From NCBI RefSeq assembly GCF_030013205.1, contig NZ_CP122648.1: a stretch of DNA of 64,000 nucleotides; one strand, given 5' to 3'. Position 1 is the first letter of the stretch. Every line of letters starts with the position of its first letter. Shown here piece after piece: positions 13,792 through 25,110 of this stretch. The notes beneath the pieces were generated by a model. The model was not told where the DNA came from. It worked only from the letters and a program-made list of their open reading frames with translations, and searched no databases. The translations under genes were made by a program, and so were the position numbers. The DNA comes from Escherichia coli. Its GTDB lineage: Bacteria > Pseudomonadota > Gammaproteobacteria > Enterobacterales > Enterobacteriaceae.

Positions 13792-15936
13792 TTAAAGTGC
13801 ACACGAGACGCAGCCTTCAATTTCAGTGCCTTCCAGCGCCATCTGACGCAGGCGGATGTAATAGAGCGTTTTGATACCTTTGCGCCAGGCGTAAATCTGC
13901 GCTTTGTTGATATCGCGAGTGGTGGCGGTATCGGGGAAAAACAGCGTCAGCGACAGCCCCTGATCGACATGGCGAGTCGCTTCCGCGTAAGTGTCGATGA
14001 TCTTTTCTGCGCCAATTTCGTAAGCGTCCTGATACAGCGCCAGATTCTCGTTAGTCATAAACGGGGCAGGGTAGTAAACGCGTCCTGTTTTGCCCTCTTT
14101 GCGTATCTCTACTTTCGCCACAATCGGATGAATACTCGACGTAGCATGGTTGATATAAGAGATAGAACCGGTTGGCGGCACCGCCTGAAGATTCTGGTTG
14201 TAAATGCCGTAGCGCATCACGTCGTCGCGCAGCTGCGCCCACATCTCACGGGTAGGTAACGTAATACCGCTACGGGTAAACAGTTCGCCAACTTTCGCCG
14301 TTTTCGGCTGCCAGTTCCCTTGCAGATATTGGCTAAAATATTCACCACTGGCATAGCGTGACTGTTTGAACCCGGCGAAGGTTTCACCGCGTTCGCGCGC
14401 CAGCAACATCGAGGTACGCAGTGCGTGCCAGGTGATGGTATAGAAATAGAGATTGGTGAAATCCAGTGCTTCCGGCGACCCATAAGCGATGCCTTCTCGC
14501 GCCAGATAGCCGTGTAAATTCATCTGCCCCAGTCCGATGGCGTGTGAGGCGGCATTTCCGGCTTCGATGGACGGCACGCTGCGGATATGACTCATATCTG
14601 ATACTGCCGTTAAACCGCGCACGGCAGTCTCTACCGTGCGGGCAAAGTCGGGGGAATCCATGGTGTGGGCAATATTCAACGAACCTAAATTGCAGGAAAT
14701 ATCATGGCCTGTGCGGGCATAGTCGAGATTCTCGTCATACTCTGAGGCGCTGTTAACCTGCAAAATTTCTGAGCAGAGATTGCTCATATTTATGCGCCCG
14801 GCGATAGGGTTAGCACGGTTAACCGTGTCTTCATACATGATGTAGGGATAGCCGGACTCAAACTGGATTTCTGCCAGTCGCTGGAAGAAATCACGGGCGT
14901 TGATGTATTTTTTGCGGATGCGTTCATTGGCAACCAGTTCGGCATAGTGTTCACTGATGGCGATATCAGCAAACGGCTTGCCATAAACCCGCTCAACGTC
15001 ATAAGGCGAAAACAGTGCCATCTGCGCATTCTCTTTTGCCAGATGGAAAGTGATATCCGGGATCACCACGCCCAGCGACAGTGTTTTAATGCGGATTTTC
15101 TCGTCGGCATTTTCCCGTTTCGTATCGAGAAAACGCAGAATATCGGGATGATGGGCATGTAAATAGACTGCCCCAGCCCCCTGACGCGCGCCGAGCTGGT
15201 TGGCATAGGAAAATGCGTCTTCCAGCATTTTCATCACCGGAATCACGCCAGATGATTGATTTTCAATACGTTTAATTGGCGCGCCCGCTTCTCGCAGATT
15301 CGACAGCAAAAATGCCACGCCGCCGCCGCGTTTCGACAGTTGCAGTGCGGAATTTACCGCCCGGCCAATCGACTCCATGTTGTCTTCAATACGCAGCAAA
15401 AAACAGGAAACCAGTTCGCCGCGCTGCTGCTTACCACAGTTGAGGAATGTCGGTGTTGCAGGCTGAAAGCGTCCTGACAGCATCTCATCGGTCAGTTGCG
15501 TCGCCAGTGTTTCATCGCCTTGTGCCAGCATCAGCGCCATCATCGTGACTCGATCGGCAAAATCTTCCAGATAACGCTTACCGTCGAATGTCTTCAACGT
15601 ATAGCTGGTGTAAAACTTCCATGCTCCGAGGAATGTCTGAAAACGAAAACCGCTGGCGTGTGCGTGGGCAAACAGCGTAATGACAAAATCGCGAGAGTAG
15701 CGGTTGAGGACGTTTTCATCATAGTAACCTTCGTTGACTAGCCAGTTCAGGCGCTGCTGCTGGCTACTGAAGGTCACACTGTTCGGACGCACATGTGTCG
15801 CCATAAAGGCGTCAACGGCCTGGCGATCTTTATCGAACTGAATGCGACCTGCGCTATCGTAAAGGTTAAGCATCGCATTCAGCGCGTGGTAATCCATCGT
15901 TTCCTGCGTCAGGCGTTCTGCGGTTGTCGTTGCCAA
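13792..15936 (-). CDS. nrdE: Class Ib ribonucleotide reductase alpha subunit
   Basis: 714 aa; RNR large subunit with C-terminal redox Cys pair. Confidence 0.95.
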
Positions 15937-16319
15937 AATTCGGTTACTCCTTTACGAACGTTTTCGATATCGCTTTGCGTACCCATGAGTTCAAAGCGGT
16001 ACAACCACGGCACGCCGCATTTCCGGGCTATCACATCTCCGGCGCGGCCATACGCCTCACCAAAGTTGCGATTACCCGAAGCAATAACGCCGCGCAGCAA
16101 CGCCCGGTTGTGCTCGTCGTTTAAAAAGCGAATGACCTGTCGTGGCACCGCGCCAGCCGTACCGCCGCCGCCGTAAGAGGGCACGATCAGGATGTAAGGC
16201 TCGTCTACCTGAATCCGTTCCCGCTCATTGAGCGGGATGCGCACCGCGGGCAGCCCTAAACGTTCGATAAAACGCTGCGTATTTTCGGAGCTGCTGGAAA
16301 AGTAGACGAGCTGGCTCAT
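15909..16319 (-). CDS. nrdI: Flavodoxin-like NrdI
   Basis: 136 aa; overlaps nrdE start. Confidence 0.95.
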
Positions 16320-16561
16320 GCACTGGCAGCGTGTGGCGCTGGATGCAGACGATTGATCATGTCCGGGCGGAAACCAGACCAGCTAAGATCGCCTGCAATC
16401 ACAACCGGCAACTGACGAAAGCCCTGAGCACGCAGCGCTTCCGCCGCTTCAGGAACGCGATCGACATTAATCATTTCAAAATCAAAGCCCCGGTTTTCCA
16501 TCGCCCGTTTGGTGGCGTGGCACTGAACGCAATCGTTACGAGTGTAAATGGTAATGCGCAT
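16316..16561 (-). CDS. nrdH: Glutaredoxin-like NrdH redoxin
   Basis: 81 aa with CVQC redox motif. Confidence 0.95.
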
Positions 16562-16769
16562 GATTCGTATTTCCGTTTAAAATGAAGATACGGCGCGATG
16601 ATACGCGTCGGGTTGTCTCTCTGTTGATACAGAGATACTATATGTAGTTGAAAAAAGATTCAACCATACAAGATATGGGAATTTTAGATTGATTACGCCA
16701 CCGATGAATGGCTCAACGGGGTAGGGGATTTTGTGTTTTTTTGCCGGGTGAATACCCGGCATCAAGAAG

Positions 16770-17201
16770 TTACATCCGCATGGAAACGGCCAGACGGTTA
16801 AAACAATTCATCAGCCCGATGGCAAACGTTAAGTCGCTGATCTCTGCTGCGCTGAAATGCTCAAGCAAAGGCTGATAAACCTCGTCTTCCGCATGGGTTC
16901 TGGCAATTTCGGTTACCGATTCCGCCCATGCCAGCGCCGCCCGCTCGCGTTCATCAAAATGATGGCTTACGCGCCAACCTGCCAGGGCATCCAGTTTGTG
17001 CTGTGGCACGCCGGATTTGCGCAATGCTTTGCTGTGCATCTCCAGACAAAATGCGCAGCCGTTGATTTGCGAGACGCGCAAATAAACTAACTCCATCAAC
17101 GTGGTATCCAGCGTGCTATTTTCCAGTGCCGTTTTGGCCTGCACTAGTGCGTTATACACTGCCGGGCTAAGTTCGTAGTAAGGCTGACGTAATGTAGTCA
17201 T
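16770..17201 (-). CDS. Carboxymuconolactone decarboxylase / AhpD-like family protein
   Basis: 143 aa ORF with the CxxC…H core (NGCAFCLEMHS) typical of the AhpD/CMD family; I do not recall this gene between nrdH and ygaM in K-12. Confidence 0.7.
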   Translation of the reverse strand: MTTLRQPYYELSPAVYNALVQAKTALENSTLDTTLMELVYLRVSQINGCAFCLEMHSKALRKSGVPQHKLDALAGWRVSHHFDERERAALAWAESVTEIARTHAEDEVYQPLLEHFSAAEISDLTFAIGLMNCFNRLAVSMRM

Positions 17202-17288
17202 ACAGTTTCTCCTCTTATTAACGCCCGCAATGTAGCACTATAATGGACTGCTAAAGAGAGCCATAAATTACCTAAAAAAGCAGACCAT

Positions 17289-18623
17289 ATGCCGCGCTAT
17301 CAGGATATCGCCCGTCAGTTAAAAACGGCTATTGAGCAAGGGGAACTGAAACCCGGCGCAAGGCTGCCTTCAAGTCGTACCTGGTCGCAGGAGCTGGGGG
17401 TGTCTCGATCCACTGTCGAAAATGCGTATGCTGAGCTGGTGGCGCAAGGATGGCTGATCAGGCGGGGACAGGCTGGCACATTTGTCAGTGAGCGGATATA
17501 TCCGCAACAATCTACTGTACAAGTTGTAGCTTTTGCCGGTGAAAGTCAGCAACCGTTGCCATTTCAAATGGGATTACCCGCACTCGATCTCTTTCCGCGA
17601 GAGCTGTGGGCGCGGGTGATGGGGCGTCGCCTTCGTACCCAGACGCGCTTTGATTTGGCGTTAGGCGATGTCTGCGGTGAGGTGGCGTTGCGCGAGGCAA
17701 TAGTTGATTACTTACGCGTTTCACGTGGGATTGATTGTCAGCCAGAGCAGGTCTTTATCACTCACGGTTATGCGGCCTCAATAGCTTTAATTCTGCACGC
17801 GCTGGCGAAACCGGGAAACGGGATGTGGATAGAAGATCCCGGCTTTCCACTGATTCGCCCGATTGTCACTCGCCATGATGTGGAAATTTTGCCTGTGCCG
17901 GTTGATGACAATGGACTGGATATCACAAGCGGAATACAAAATTATCCTGATGCGCGTTTTGCCCTGATAACACCAGCACACCAAAGTCCGCTGGGTGTGG
18001 CGCTCTCTTTAGCGCGCAGGCATCAGATACTGGAATGGGCAGATCGTAGTCAGGCATGGATTATTGAAGATGATTATGACAGTGAGTTTCGCTATCACGG
18101 TAAGCCGTTACCGGCGTTAAAAAGTCTCGACGCACCGCAGCGGGTAATTTATGCCGGAACATTCAGCAAAGCGCTATTTCCTGCATTGCGCTGTGCGTGG
18201 CTGGTGTTGCCAGTGAAGCAAATTGCACAATTCCGCCACCAGGCGTCACTGGCTCCATGTGCGGTACCTGTTCTATGGCAGAACACACTGGCAGACTTTC
18301 TTCGCGAGGGGCATTTCTGGCGGCATCTGAAGAAAATGCGTCAGCATTATGCTCAACGTCGGCAATGGATTGAGCAAGCGTTGACGCAGCAAGGATTTCA
18401 GGTTGTGCCGCAGAAAGGTGGTATCCAGATGGTGATCAGAATGATAGGCGATGATATTGCCCATGCGCGTAAAGCCAATGCTGCAGGCCTTGCGGTGCAG
18501 GCACTTAGCGACTGGCGTATCCGTTCAAGTGGGGAAGGTGGATTACTGCTCTCGTTTACTAATATCGTTAACGAAGGTATGGCGCGACAGGTAGCACAAC
18601 AATTACGTAAAGCCTTAAGCTAA
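17289..18623 (+). CDS. MocR/GabR-type transcriptional regulator (GntR HTH fused to PLP aminotransferase-like domain)
   Basis: 444 aa; N-terminal GntR-type HTH (…RTWSQELGVSRSTVENAYAELV…) and C-terminal aminotransferase fold I region; divergent from the AhpD-like gene. Confidence 0.75.
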   Translation: MPRYQDIARQLKTAIEQGELKPGARLPSSRTWSQELGVSRSTVENAYAELVAQGWLIRRGQAGTFVSERIYPQQSTVQVVAFAGESQQPLPFQMGLPALDLFPRELWARVMGRRLRTQTRFDLALGDVCGEVALREAIVDYLRVSRGIDCQPEQVFITHGYAASIALILHALAKPGNGMWIEDPGFPLIRPIVTRHDVEILPVPVDDNGLDITSGIQNYPDARFALITPAHQSPLGVALSLARRHQILEWADRSQAWIIEDDYDSEFRYHGKPLPALKSLDAPQRVIYAGTFSKALFPALRCAWLVLPVKQIAQFRHQASLAPCAVPVLWQNTLADFLREGHFWRHLKKMRQHYAQRRQWIEQALTQQGFQVVPQKGGIQMVIRMIGDDIAHARKANAAGLAVQALSDWRIRSSGEGGLLLSFTNIVNEGMARQVAQQLRKALS

Positions 18624-18624
18624 A

Positions 18625-18652
18625 AAACCCCGAAGCCAGGCTTCGGGGTCAA
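18625..18652. terminator. Putative bidirectional terminator between MocR-family gene and ygaM
   Basis: AAAAACCCCGAAGCCAGGCTTCGGGGT hairpin between convergent genes. Confidence 0.5.
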
Positions 18653-18679
18653 AGACGCGTATTTATTATCATTATTGCA

Positions 18680-19009
18680 CTACGATTTGCGCATGCTTAA
18701 CAGTGCGCCGATAAAAATACCAACCGCAGCTGCTGTACCCACGCTACACCAGGGTCTTTCACGAACAAAAGAATCCGCGCAGCCAACGGCATCGCGCGCG
18801 GCTTGCTGGACGCGAGTACGACCATGCATTCGCGCTCTGGTTTCTTTCAGTAGAGCCTGCGCTTTACTACGAGCGGCTTCGGCTTCCCCTTTGGCGTCGC
18901 TGCCCCAGGACTTCAATACAGATTCGAGGCTGTCAGCTAATTGATTGACATCATTCTGGATATCCTGCACGCCATCATCGACGTCGTTGCGGTTCGGTCG
19001 GTTAAACAT
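18680..19009 (-). CDS. ygaM: DUF883/ElaB-family membrane-anchored protein
   Basis: Start placed at MFNRPNRNDV… (109 aa); C-terminal TM anchor; conserved synteny. Confidence 0.85.
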   Translation of the reverse strand: MFNRPNRNDVDDGVQDIQNDVNQLADSLESVLKSWGSDAKGEAEAARSKAQALLKETRARMHGRTRVQQAARDAVGCADSFVRERPWCSVGTAAAVGIFIGALLSMRKS

Positions 19010-19160
19010 ATGATCCCCCATTAGAATTCGATGTAATTTTCAGTGTAGACCATAATTTTCTTAACTGAGGTTCATCGCGGCTTTATGGACTTTTCTGAAA
19101 GCGTTGTGAATGCGCAATCAGGTAAGGTAGGCCCGCGGTTGATAATAACGAGGATCAAAT

Positions 19161-19505
19161 ATGTATTTACGACCAGACGAGGTGGCGCGCGTACTTGAAA
19201 AAGTCGGTTTTACTGTCGATGTGGTAACCCAGAAAGCGTATGGTTACCGCCGTGGGGAAAATTATGTCTATGTTAATCGTGAAGCACGAATGGGACGTAC
19301 CGCCCTGGTAATTCATCCAACATTAAAAGAACGTAGTTCGACACTGGCTGAACCCGCTTCCGATATTAAAACTTGCGATCATTACCAGCAATTTCCGCTC
19401 TATTTAGCGGGTGAACGTCATGAGCATTACGGTATCCCCCATGGCTTTAGTTCGCGTGTTGCGCTTGAACGTTATTTGAATGGTTTATTTGGCGAAGCCA
19501 GTTAA
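19161..19505 (+). CDS. ygaC: DUF2002 protein YgaC
   Basis: 114 aa; conserved synteny. Confidence 0.85.
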
Positions 19506-19541
19506 AGACGCGACTGGCGATGCCAGTCGCGAAAAGAAGGC

Positions 19542-19991
19542 TCAGGCTTTTACCTGCTGGTAACGGCTGACTTTAAACAGTCGGCGGCAATAATCGAGGA
19601 AGTAGCCATAAACCGCCCCCATCAACATCGAAACAACGATGTTTGAACTGACCGCCGCCATAATCTGATGCCAGTCTGCGCCCACCACTAACAAGATCGC
19701 CACATACACCGGTGACTGGAACGTCACATAAGCCATGATATCCGCCAGATTTTTTATCCAGCCCGACGGGCTAACTTTGCGTGCTGCGCGCATAAACAGA
19801 TCGCGGTACATACCGTATGGCCATGCAATTAAGATGTTCACCGGAATCGCTACCAATCTGGAATAAAAAGACTGTTCGAAGCTCATTCCGGAGAGGAAAA
19901 CTTCAATACACATGTTCACGACAGAACAGTAAACAACCATCGCGAACGTATCTGCAACTGCATGACGCAAGCGTGACTGCGGTGAGAACAT
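19542..19991 (-). CDS. alaE: L-alanine exporter
   Basis: 149 aa from [16 protein letters not shown]…; ORF track extends upstream. Confidence 0.85.
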   Translation of the reverse strand: MFSPQSRLRHAVADTFAMVVYCSVVNMCIEVFLSGMSFEQSFYSRLVAIPVNILIAWPYGMYRDLFMRAARKVSPSGWIKNLADIMAYVTFQSPVYVAILLVVGADWHQIMAAVSSNIVVSMLMGAVYGYFLDYCRRLFKVSRYQQVKA

Positions 19992-20659
19992 GCTAATGCT
20001 CCTTAATAAAAGCGTAATGGGATGTGAATGGAGATGAAAGCAGTGGATCTCATTGCCATCTGCATTTTCGCATAGCGTATATCGCTGGCTATGACTAATC
20101 AATTAGTGAAAAATTTTTATTTAAACTGTTTTTGTAGATAAAATATTCCGTAACGGCGCGTTTTTTGTACATTGTGGATTTTTACATGCCGATATGGTTT
20201 ATTTTTAATTAAATCAATTAGATATGATTCTGCCTTTAATTACACTAATGAAAGTTTGGGGGTGAGGTAACGCTATAAGCGTAGAGAATTCGGTGTATGT
20301 CGTGACCGGGTCATTTTCAGCATTTTTTATGCCAGAAAATGTACATTGACAGCAGAAAGCACCAGTGAGGGGGGGGTTCCATTTATTCGGTTAAATTGCA
20401 TTTTTATTCATTTTTGTTTTGTCAGGCTTGCGGAATTAGCGAGCAGAGAGCGCCGCTCTGCTCACAAATAACCTAAATTACTCATCAAAATGGCTAATAT
20501 ATAATCTTGAAATTATTCTGAGAGTTTCAGAAAATAACAGCTGAAATAATCTCGCGCAGGACTGTAAATAGATTAAATTTTGTGGAAATATAATAAGTGA
20601 TCGCTTACACTACGCGACGAAATACTTTTTTGTTTTGGCGTTAAAAGGTTTTCTTTATT

Positions 20660-21064
20660 ATGTCCGTAATGTTACAAAGTTTAAATAACATTCGCACCCT
20701 CCGTGCGATGGCTCGCGAATTCTCCATTGACGTTCTTGAAGAAATGCTCGAAAAATTCAGGGTTGTCACTAAAGAAAGACGTGAAGAAGAAGAACAGCAG
20801 CAGCGTGAACTGGCTGAGCGTCAGGAAAAAATTAGCACCTGGCTGGAGCTGATGAAAGCTGACGGAATTAACCCGGAAGAGTTATTGGGTAATAGCTCTG
20901 CTGCTGCACCACGCGCTGGTAAAAAACGCCAGCCGCGTCCGGCGAAATATAAATTCACCGATGTTAACGGTGAAACTAAAACCTGGACCGGTCAGGGTCG
21001 TACACCGAAGCCAATCGCTCAGGCGCTGGCAGAAGGTAAATCTCTCGACGATTTCCTGATCTAA
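20660..21064 (+). CDS. stpA: H-NS paralogue StpA
   Basis: 134 aa; H-NS-like N-terminal oligomerisation and C-terminal DNA-binding region (TWTGQGRTP); long AT-rich upstream region. Confidence 0.95.
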   Translation: MSVMLQSLNNIRTLRAMAREFSIDVLEEMLEKFRVVTKERREEEEQQQRELAERQEKISTWLELMKADGINPEELLGNSSAAAPRAGKKRQPRPAKYKFTDVNGETKTWTGQGRTPKPIAQALAEGKSLDDFLI

Positions 21065-21110
21065 TTACTGAGGCCGGATGCCGCCGCTATGGCGCGTCCG
21101 GCGTCGCTTC

Positions 21111-21635
21111 TCAAGCTCGTTGGTTCCACGGCATCTTACCTAACAACCTTGCCATCCCACAAAAACCGCTAATTCCTGCAAACAGTAACCCGGCACCAAC
21201 AAAGCCGCTTAATAAGAAGAAACCGCTATTTACGGTATAACCTAGTATAACTCCGATTAATATTAAACCACCCGCAGCGATCTGCACCTGGCGCATTAAC
21301 GGCAAGGGTTGAGATTTATTTACCGCTACTGGTAATCCTGCTTTTTTCCAGCCATCAATCCCATCTTCGAGTAAAAAGATTTCTGCGGGGGCGGCAATCG
21401 CTGCTAATTTATCGGCGTTATTACTGGTGCGTTTACCTGCCTGGCAGTGGAATATAATTTGCTCGTGACGTAATTTAGCCGGAAGACCTGACTGTTCCAG
21501 CACGGATAATGGAGCCAGATCTGCTTCAGGAATATGCTCACGAAGATATTCATCAGCGTCACGAATATCGATTAACTTTGCGCCGCGTGCGATTAATTCT
21601 TGTGCATCATGCGGCGAAATGGTTGTCAAAGCCAT
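21111..21635 (-). CDS. ygaP: Rhodanese-domain inner membrane sulfurtransferase
   Basis: 174 aa; rhodanese active-site Cys (HCQAGKRT) plus two C-terminal TM helices. Confidence 0.9.
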   Translation of the reverse strand: MALTTISPHDAQELIARGAKLIDIRDADEYLREHIPEADLAPLSVLEQSGLPAKLRHEQIIFHCQAGKRTSNNADKLAAIAAPAEIFLLEDGIDGWKKAGLPVAVNKSQPLPLMRQVQIAAGGLILIGVILGYTVNSGFFLLSGFVGAGLLFAGISGFCGMARLLGKMPWNQRA

Positions 21636-21644
21636 AGTGACTCC

Positions 21645-21944
21645 TTACGGACAATAGACATTTTTCAGGGTGGCGATAATGGCATTTACCGCCTCATTTT
21701 TAATGGAATATAGAATGCGTTGGGCATCCCGTTGGCTGTCGATAAGCCCTTCGTCCCGCATACGAGCGAGATGCTGTGATGTCGCAGAGGCACTCAGTCC
21801 GGTAATGCGCGTCAGCTCTCCCGCGCTGGTGCCGGGGGAACCGCTAAGCATGCACAGAATCAGCAACCGTTTAGGGTGGCTCATTGCTTTCAATAAGGCC
21901 GCTGCCTGTTCGGCACTGGCCTGTAATTGCGCGAGTTCAGTCAT
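21645..21944 (-). CDS. ygaV: ArsR-family transcriptional regulator
   Basis: 99 aa; ArsR/SmtB HTH; operon with ygaP. Confidence 0.9.
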   Translation of the reverse strand: MTELAQLQASAEQAAALLKAMSHPKRLLILCMLSGSPGTSAGELTRITGLSASATSQHLARMRDEGLIDSQRDAQRILYSIKNEAVNAIIATLKNVYCP

Positions 21945-22126
21945 AGTTATTTAAGTATTTTCTAAATTAAGTAAACTCTAAACTAAAAATGCAACATATA
22001 CCAGCCTCAGCAGCGTAAATGAGAGTAAAAGCGTAGGCTGAAACTGGCAGGCTCCGCTAAAATTACTACGCTTAAGAGATAAAATCTCTTTTTAAACAAT
22101 GAGTAATTTTCTTATAGGGAGTACAT

Positions 22127-22285
22127 ATGGGTTTCTGGAGAATCGTCATCACCATCATTCTGCCGCCGCTCGGCGTGCTGCTCGGTAAAGGGTTCGGTTG
22201 GGCGTTCATTATTAATATTCTGCTGACACTGCTTGGCTATATCCCCGGTTTGATTCACGCGTTCTGGGTGCAAACCCGCGATTAA
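22127..22285 (+). CDS. yqaE: Small Pmp3/UPF0057-family membrane protein
   Basis: 52 aa ORF MGFWRIVITIILPPLGVLLGKGFGWAFIINILLTLLGYIPGLIHAFWVQTRD found by eye (below the ORF-track length cut-off); good RBS. Confidence 0.85.
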   Translation: MGFWRIVITIILPPLGVLLGKGFGWAFIINILLTLLGYIPGLIHAFWVQTRD

Positions 22286-22368
22286 ACTTGTGTTCACCCC
22301 CGCGGCGTTAACGCGCCGCGTTCCTCTGCTACACTTTCTGAGTGTTTCCGTTAACGAATGAGGTAGCT

Positions 22369-22818
22369 ATGGGTCTGTTCAATTTTGTTAAAGATGCCGG
22401 AGAAAAACTCTGGGACGCGGTTACAGGTCAGCACGATAAAGACGATCAGGCGAAGAAGGTGCAGGAGCATCTGAACAAAACCGGTATACCGGATGCCGAT
22501 AAAGTGAACATTCAAATTGCCGACGGCAAAGCGACGGTCACTGGTGACGGCTTAAGTCAGGAGGCAAAGGAGAAAATCCTTATTGCGGTGGGAAATATTT
22601 CCGGTATTGCCAGTGTCGATGATCAGGTGAAAACGGCGACACCAGCCACTGCCAGCCAGTTTTATACCGTTAAGTCTGGCGACACTCTGAGTGCCATTTC
22701 CAAACAGGTCTACGGTAACGCTAATCTGTACAATAAAATCTTCGAAGCGAATAAACCGATGCTAAAAAGCCCGGATAAAATTTACCCGGGGCAAGTGTTG
22801 CGTATTCCTGAAGAGTAG
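22369..22818 (+). CDS. kbp: Potassium-binding protein Kbp (BON + LysM domains)
   Basis: 149 aa from [14 protein letters not shown]…; C-terminal LysM. Confidence 0.9.
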   Translation: MGLFNFVKDAGEKLWDAVTGQHDKDDQAKKVQEHLNKTGIPDADKVNIQIADGKATVTGDGLSQEAKEKILIAVGNISGIASVDDQVKTATPATASQFYTVKSGDTLSAISKQVYGNANLYNKIFEANKPMLKSPDKIYPGQVLRIPEE

Positions 22819-23481
22819 TTAATTGCCAGCCATCGCCTGCTGAATAATGGGAATTGGCGTCAGTAAATGCTGGCGCATTAACTCACTGGCGCGCGCGGTA
22901 TCTCGCGCCAGTACCGCTGCAGTCAGGGTCTGGTGCTGATCGTGTTTATCTTCCAGCATTTCCACCGAAAGCACTGTTCGCCGCAGCCAGATAAATCGAT
23001 AGCGCGCCGCCAGATCAAACAACCGTTCACGCATTTGCAGCAAATAGTGAGAACCACAGCCCGCCACAATTGCCGTATGAAACGCCTGATGACGCAGATC
23101 CCACTCATCAAGCATTTTCTCACTGGCGTCACAGGCCTCAAGCTTACTGAGCAGATGCGCTTTTGCGAGAACGTCTGCCTCCCACTCATCCCCACCGCGG
23201 GCAATCGCCAGACTCACTAACATCGCTTCCATATTGGCGCGGGCGTCGAAAATATCGAGCAGCTCCTGCTCTGACATAGACGCCACCCGATACCCTTTTT
23301 GATTCACCACCGTGACCAGCCGTTCCGCCACCAGTTGCGAAAGAGCTTCCCGTAACGGCCCAACGCCAAGTGCATAACGCGATGTCAGCAAACTCATCCG
23401 TAATTTTTCATCCGGTTGAAAATTACCGCGAATAATATCGTTCTTCAGCCAGCGATAGCCATCCAGAGACGTAATGGTCAT
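22819..23481 (-). CDS. csiR: GntR/FadR-family repressor CsiR (GabC)
   Basis: About 220 aa from MTITSLDGY…; position downstream of gabP. Confidence 0.9.
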   Translation of the reverse strand: MTITSLDGYRWLKNDIIRGNFQPDEKLRMSLLTSRYALGVGPLREALSQLVAERLVTVVNQKGYRVASMSEQELLDIFDARANMEAMLVSLAIARGGDEWEADVLAKAHLLSKLEACDASEKMLDEWDLRHQAFHTAIVAGCGSHYLLQMRERLFDLAARYRFIWLRRTVLSVEMLEDKHDQHQTLTAAVLARDTARASELMRQHLLTPIPIIQQAMAGN

Positions 23482-23501
23482 GGTGTGACTCCTGATCATT
23501 A

Positions 23502-24902
23502 TCAGCGCGTATTATGAACGGGTGTTTTTTGCCACAATACCAGCTTTTTCCAGCGAGCCATAATTGGCACGGTACAGATAATCCCTATCGCTAATAAGCC
23601 GGTGGAGATCACTTCTAACTGTTGCGCCGGACGGAATAGCATCACTACCAACACAAAGGTAATAAAGCCGATGACCAGCCAGGTGAGCCACGGATAAAGC
23701 CACATTCGCAAGCGAATTTCGCTTCCTTCTGCTCGCAGAATTTTGCGCATCCGCAACTGTGAAACGGCGATGACTAAATAAACCAGCAGGGCGATAGCGC
23801 CGGAGCTGTCGATCAGAAATTTAAACACTTTCGCAGGCGCGTAATAATTCACCACCACCGTTAAAAATGCCGCACCGGTCGAGAGTAATACCGCCACATA
23901 CGGGGTTTTACTGCGGTTGATTTTACCCATTACCGCGGGAGCATCACCGCGACGGCTTAAGGAGTAGAGCATTCTGGAAGCGGTATACAGCGCCGAGTTC
24001 AGGCAACTGGTTACGGAAAGTAATATCACGCAGTCCATGATTAATTTCGCATGGGGAATATTGAGCAACTCCAGAACCGAGCGATAAGATCCAACGGCTT
24101 TCAGCCCCGGCATATTCCACGGTATTAATGCCACAACGACAAAAATAGAGCATAAATAGAAGATAGAAATACGCCAGATAACCGAGTTGGTGGCGCGGAC
24201 AATATGTTTTTCCGGCGTGTCGGATTCCGCGGCGGCAATGGTGACAATTTCTGCGCCCATAAACGAGAACATGGTGATCAACATCGCGCTTAATACCGCG
24301 CCGAAGCCGTTGGGCATAAAGCCGCCGCTATCCCACAATCTTGAGATCCCGCTCACTTCGGCATAAGGGTAAAAACCGCTAATTGCGACTGCACCAAGGA
24401 AAATAAAGGCCAGGATAGCGATGACTTTGCACAGCGCCAGCCAGAACTCAAATTCGCCGTAGTTTTTAACGCTTAATAAATTACTGCCAGTTAAGGCGAG
24501 GGTAATGACCAGGGAAAATAACCAGATGGGAATGCCTGGAACCCACGAGTGCAGGATCATGGCGGCGATGTTGGCTTCCAGCGGGATAACCAGTACCCAA
24601 AACCACCAGTACAACCAGCCGATGGTATAGCCCGCCCAACGACCAATAGCTTTATCTGCATAGGTGGAAAACGAACCCGTGTCGGGCGTGGCAACCGCCA
24701 TTTCCGCCAACATCCGCATAATCATAACCACCAGTAATCCGGCGAACAGATAGGCCAGTAATACCGCCGGGCCCGCTTCGGCGATGGCGACGCTGGAACC
24801 GACAAACAGACTTGCGCCGATAACACCGGCAATAGACAACATGGTGACGTGGCGTGACTTCAGCCCGCCGCCTAACTCATGTGGTTGCGATGATTGCCCC
24901 AT
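23502..24902 (-). CDS. gabP: GABA permease (APC family)
   Basis: 466 aa from MGQSSQPHELGGGLKSRHVTMLS…; ORF track extends 29 codons upstream. Confidence 0.95.
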   Translation of the reverse strand: MGQSSQPHELGGGLKSRHVTMLSIAGVIGASLFVGSSVAIAEAGPAVLLAYLFAGLLVVMIMRMLAEMAVATPDTGSFSTYADKAIGRWAGYTIGWLYWWFWVLVIPLEANIAAMILHSWVPGIPIWLFSLVITLALTGSNLLSVKNYGEFEFWLALCKVIAILAFIFLGAVAISGFYPYAEVSGISRLWDSGGFMPNGFGAVLSAMLITMFSFMGAEIVTIAAAESDTPEKHIVRATNSVIWRISIFYLCSIFVVVALIPWNMPGLKAVGSYRSVLELLNIPHAKLIMDCVILLSVTSCLNSALYTASRMLYSLSRRGDAPAVMGKINRSKTPYVAVLLSTGAAFLTVVVNYYAPAKVFKFLIDSSGAIALLVYLVIAVSQLRMRKILRAEGSEIRLRMWLYPWLTWLVIGFITFVLVVMLFRPAQQLEVISTGLLAIGIICTVPIMARWKKLVLWQKTPVHNTR

Positions 24903-25009
24903 CCTGAATCCTCTCGAAAGTGTGTCACTTGGGAGAGCGCCCCGACATTTCCCGCGTCGGGTCACGCGTGTAATTGAGACGGTCAACAAAATCTTAAAAA
25001 CGAAAGCGG

Positions 25010-25110
25010 GAGGGTTTTCTCCCTCTCCCTTAGGGAGAGGGCCGGGGTGAGGGTGTAGCCGCGTGATTACCCCTCACCCTAACCCTCTCCCCAGAGGGGC
25101 GAGGGGACAG
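25010..25110. repeat. Clustered imperfect palindromes in gabP-gabT intergenic region (REP/BIME-like)
   Basis: Three inverted-repeat units: CCCTCTCCC-TTAG-GGAGAGGG, GGGGTGAGGG…CCCTCACCC, CCCTCTCCCC-AGAG-GGGCGAGGG. Confidence 0.5.
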
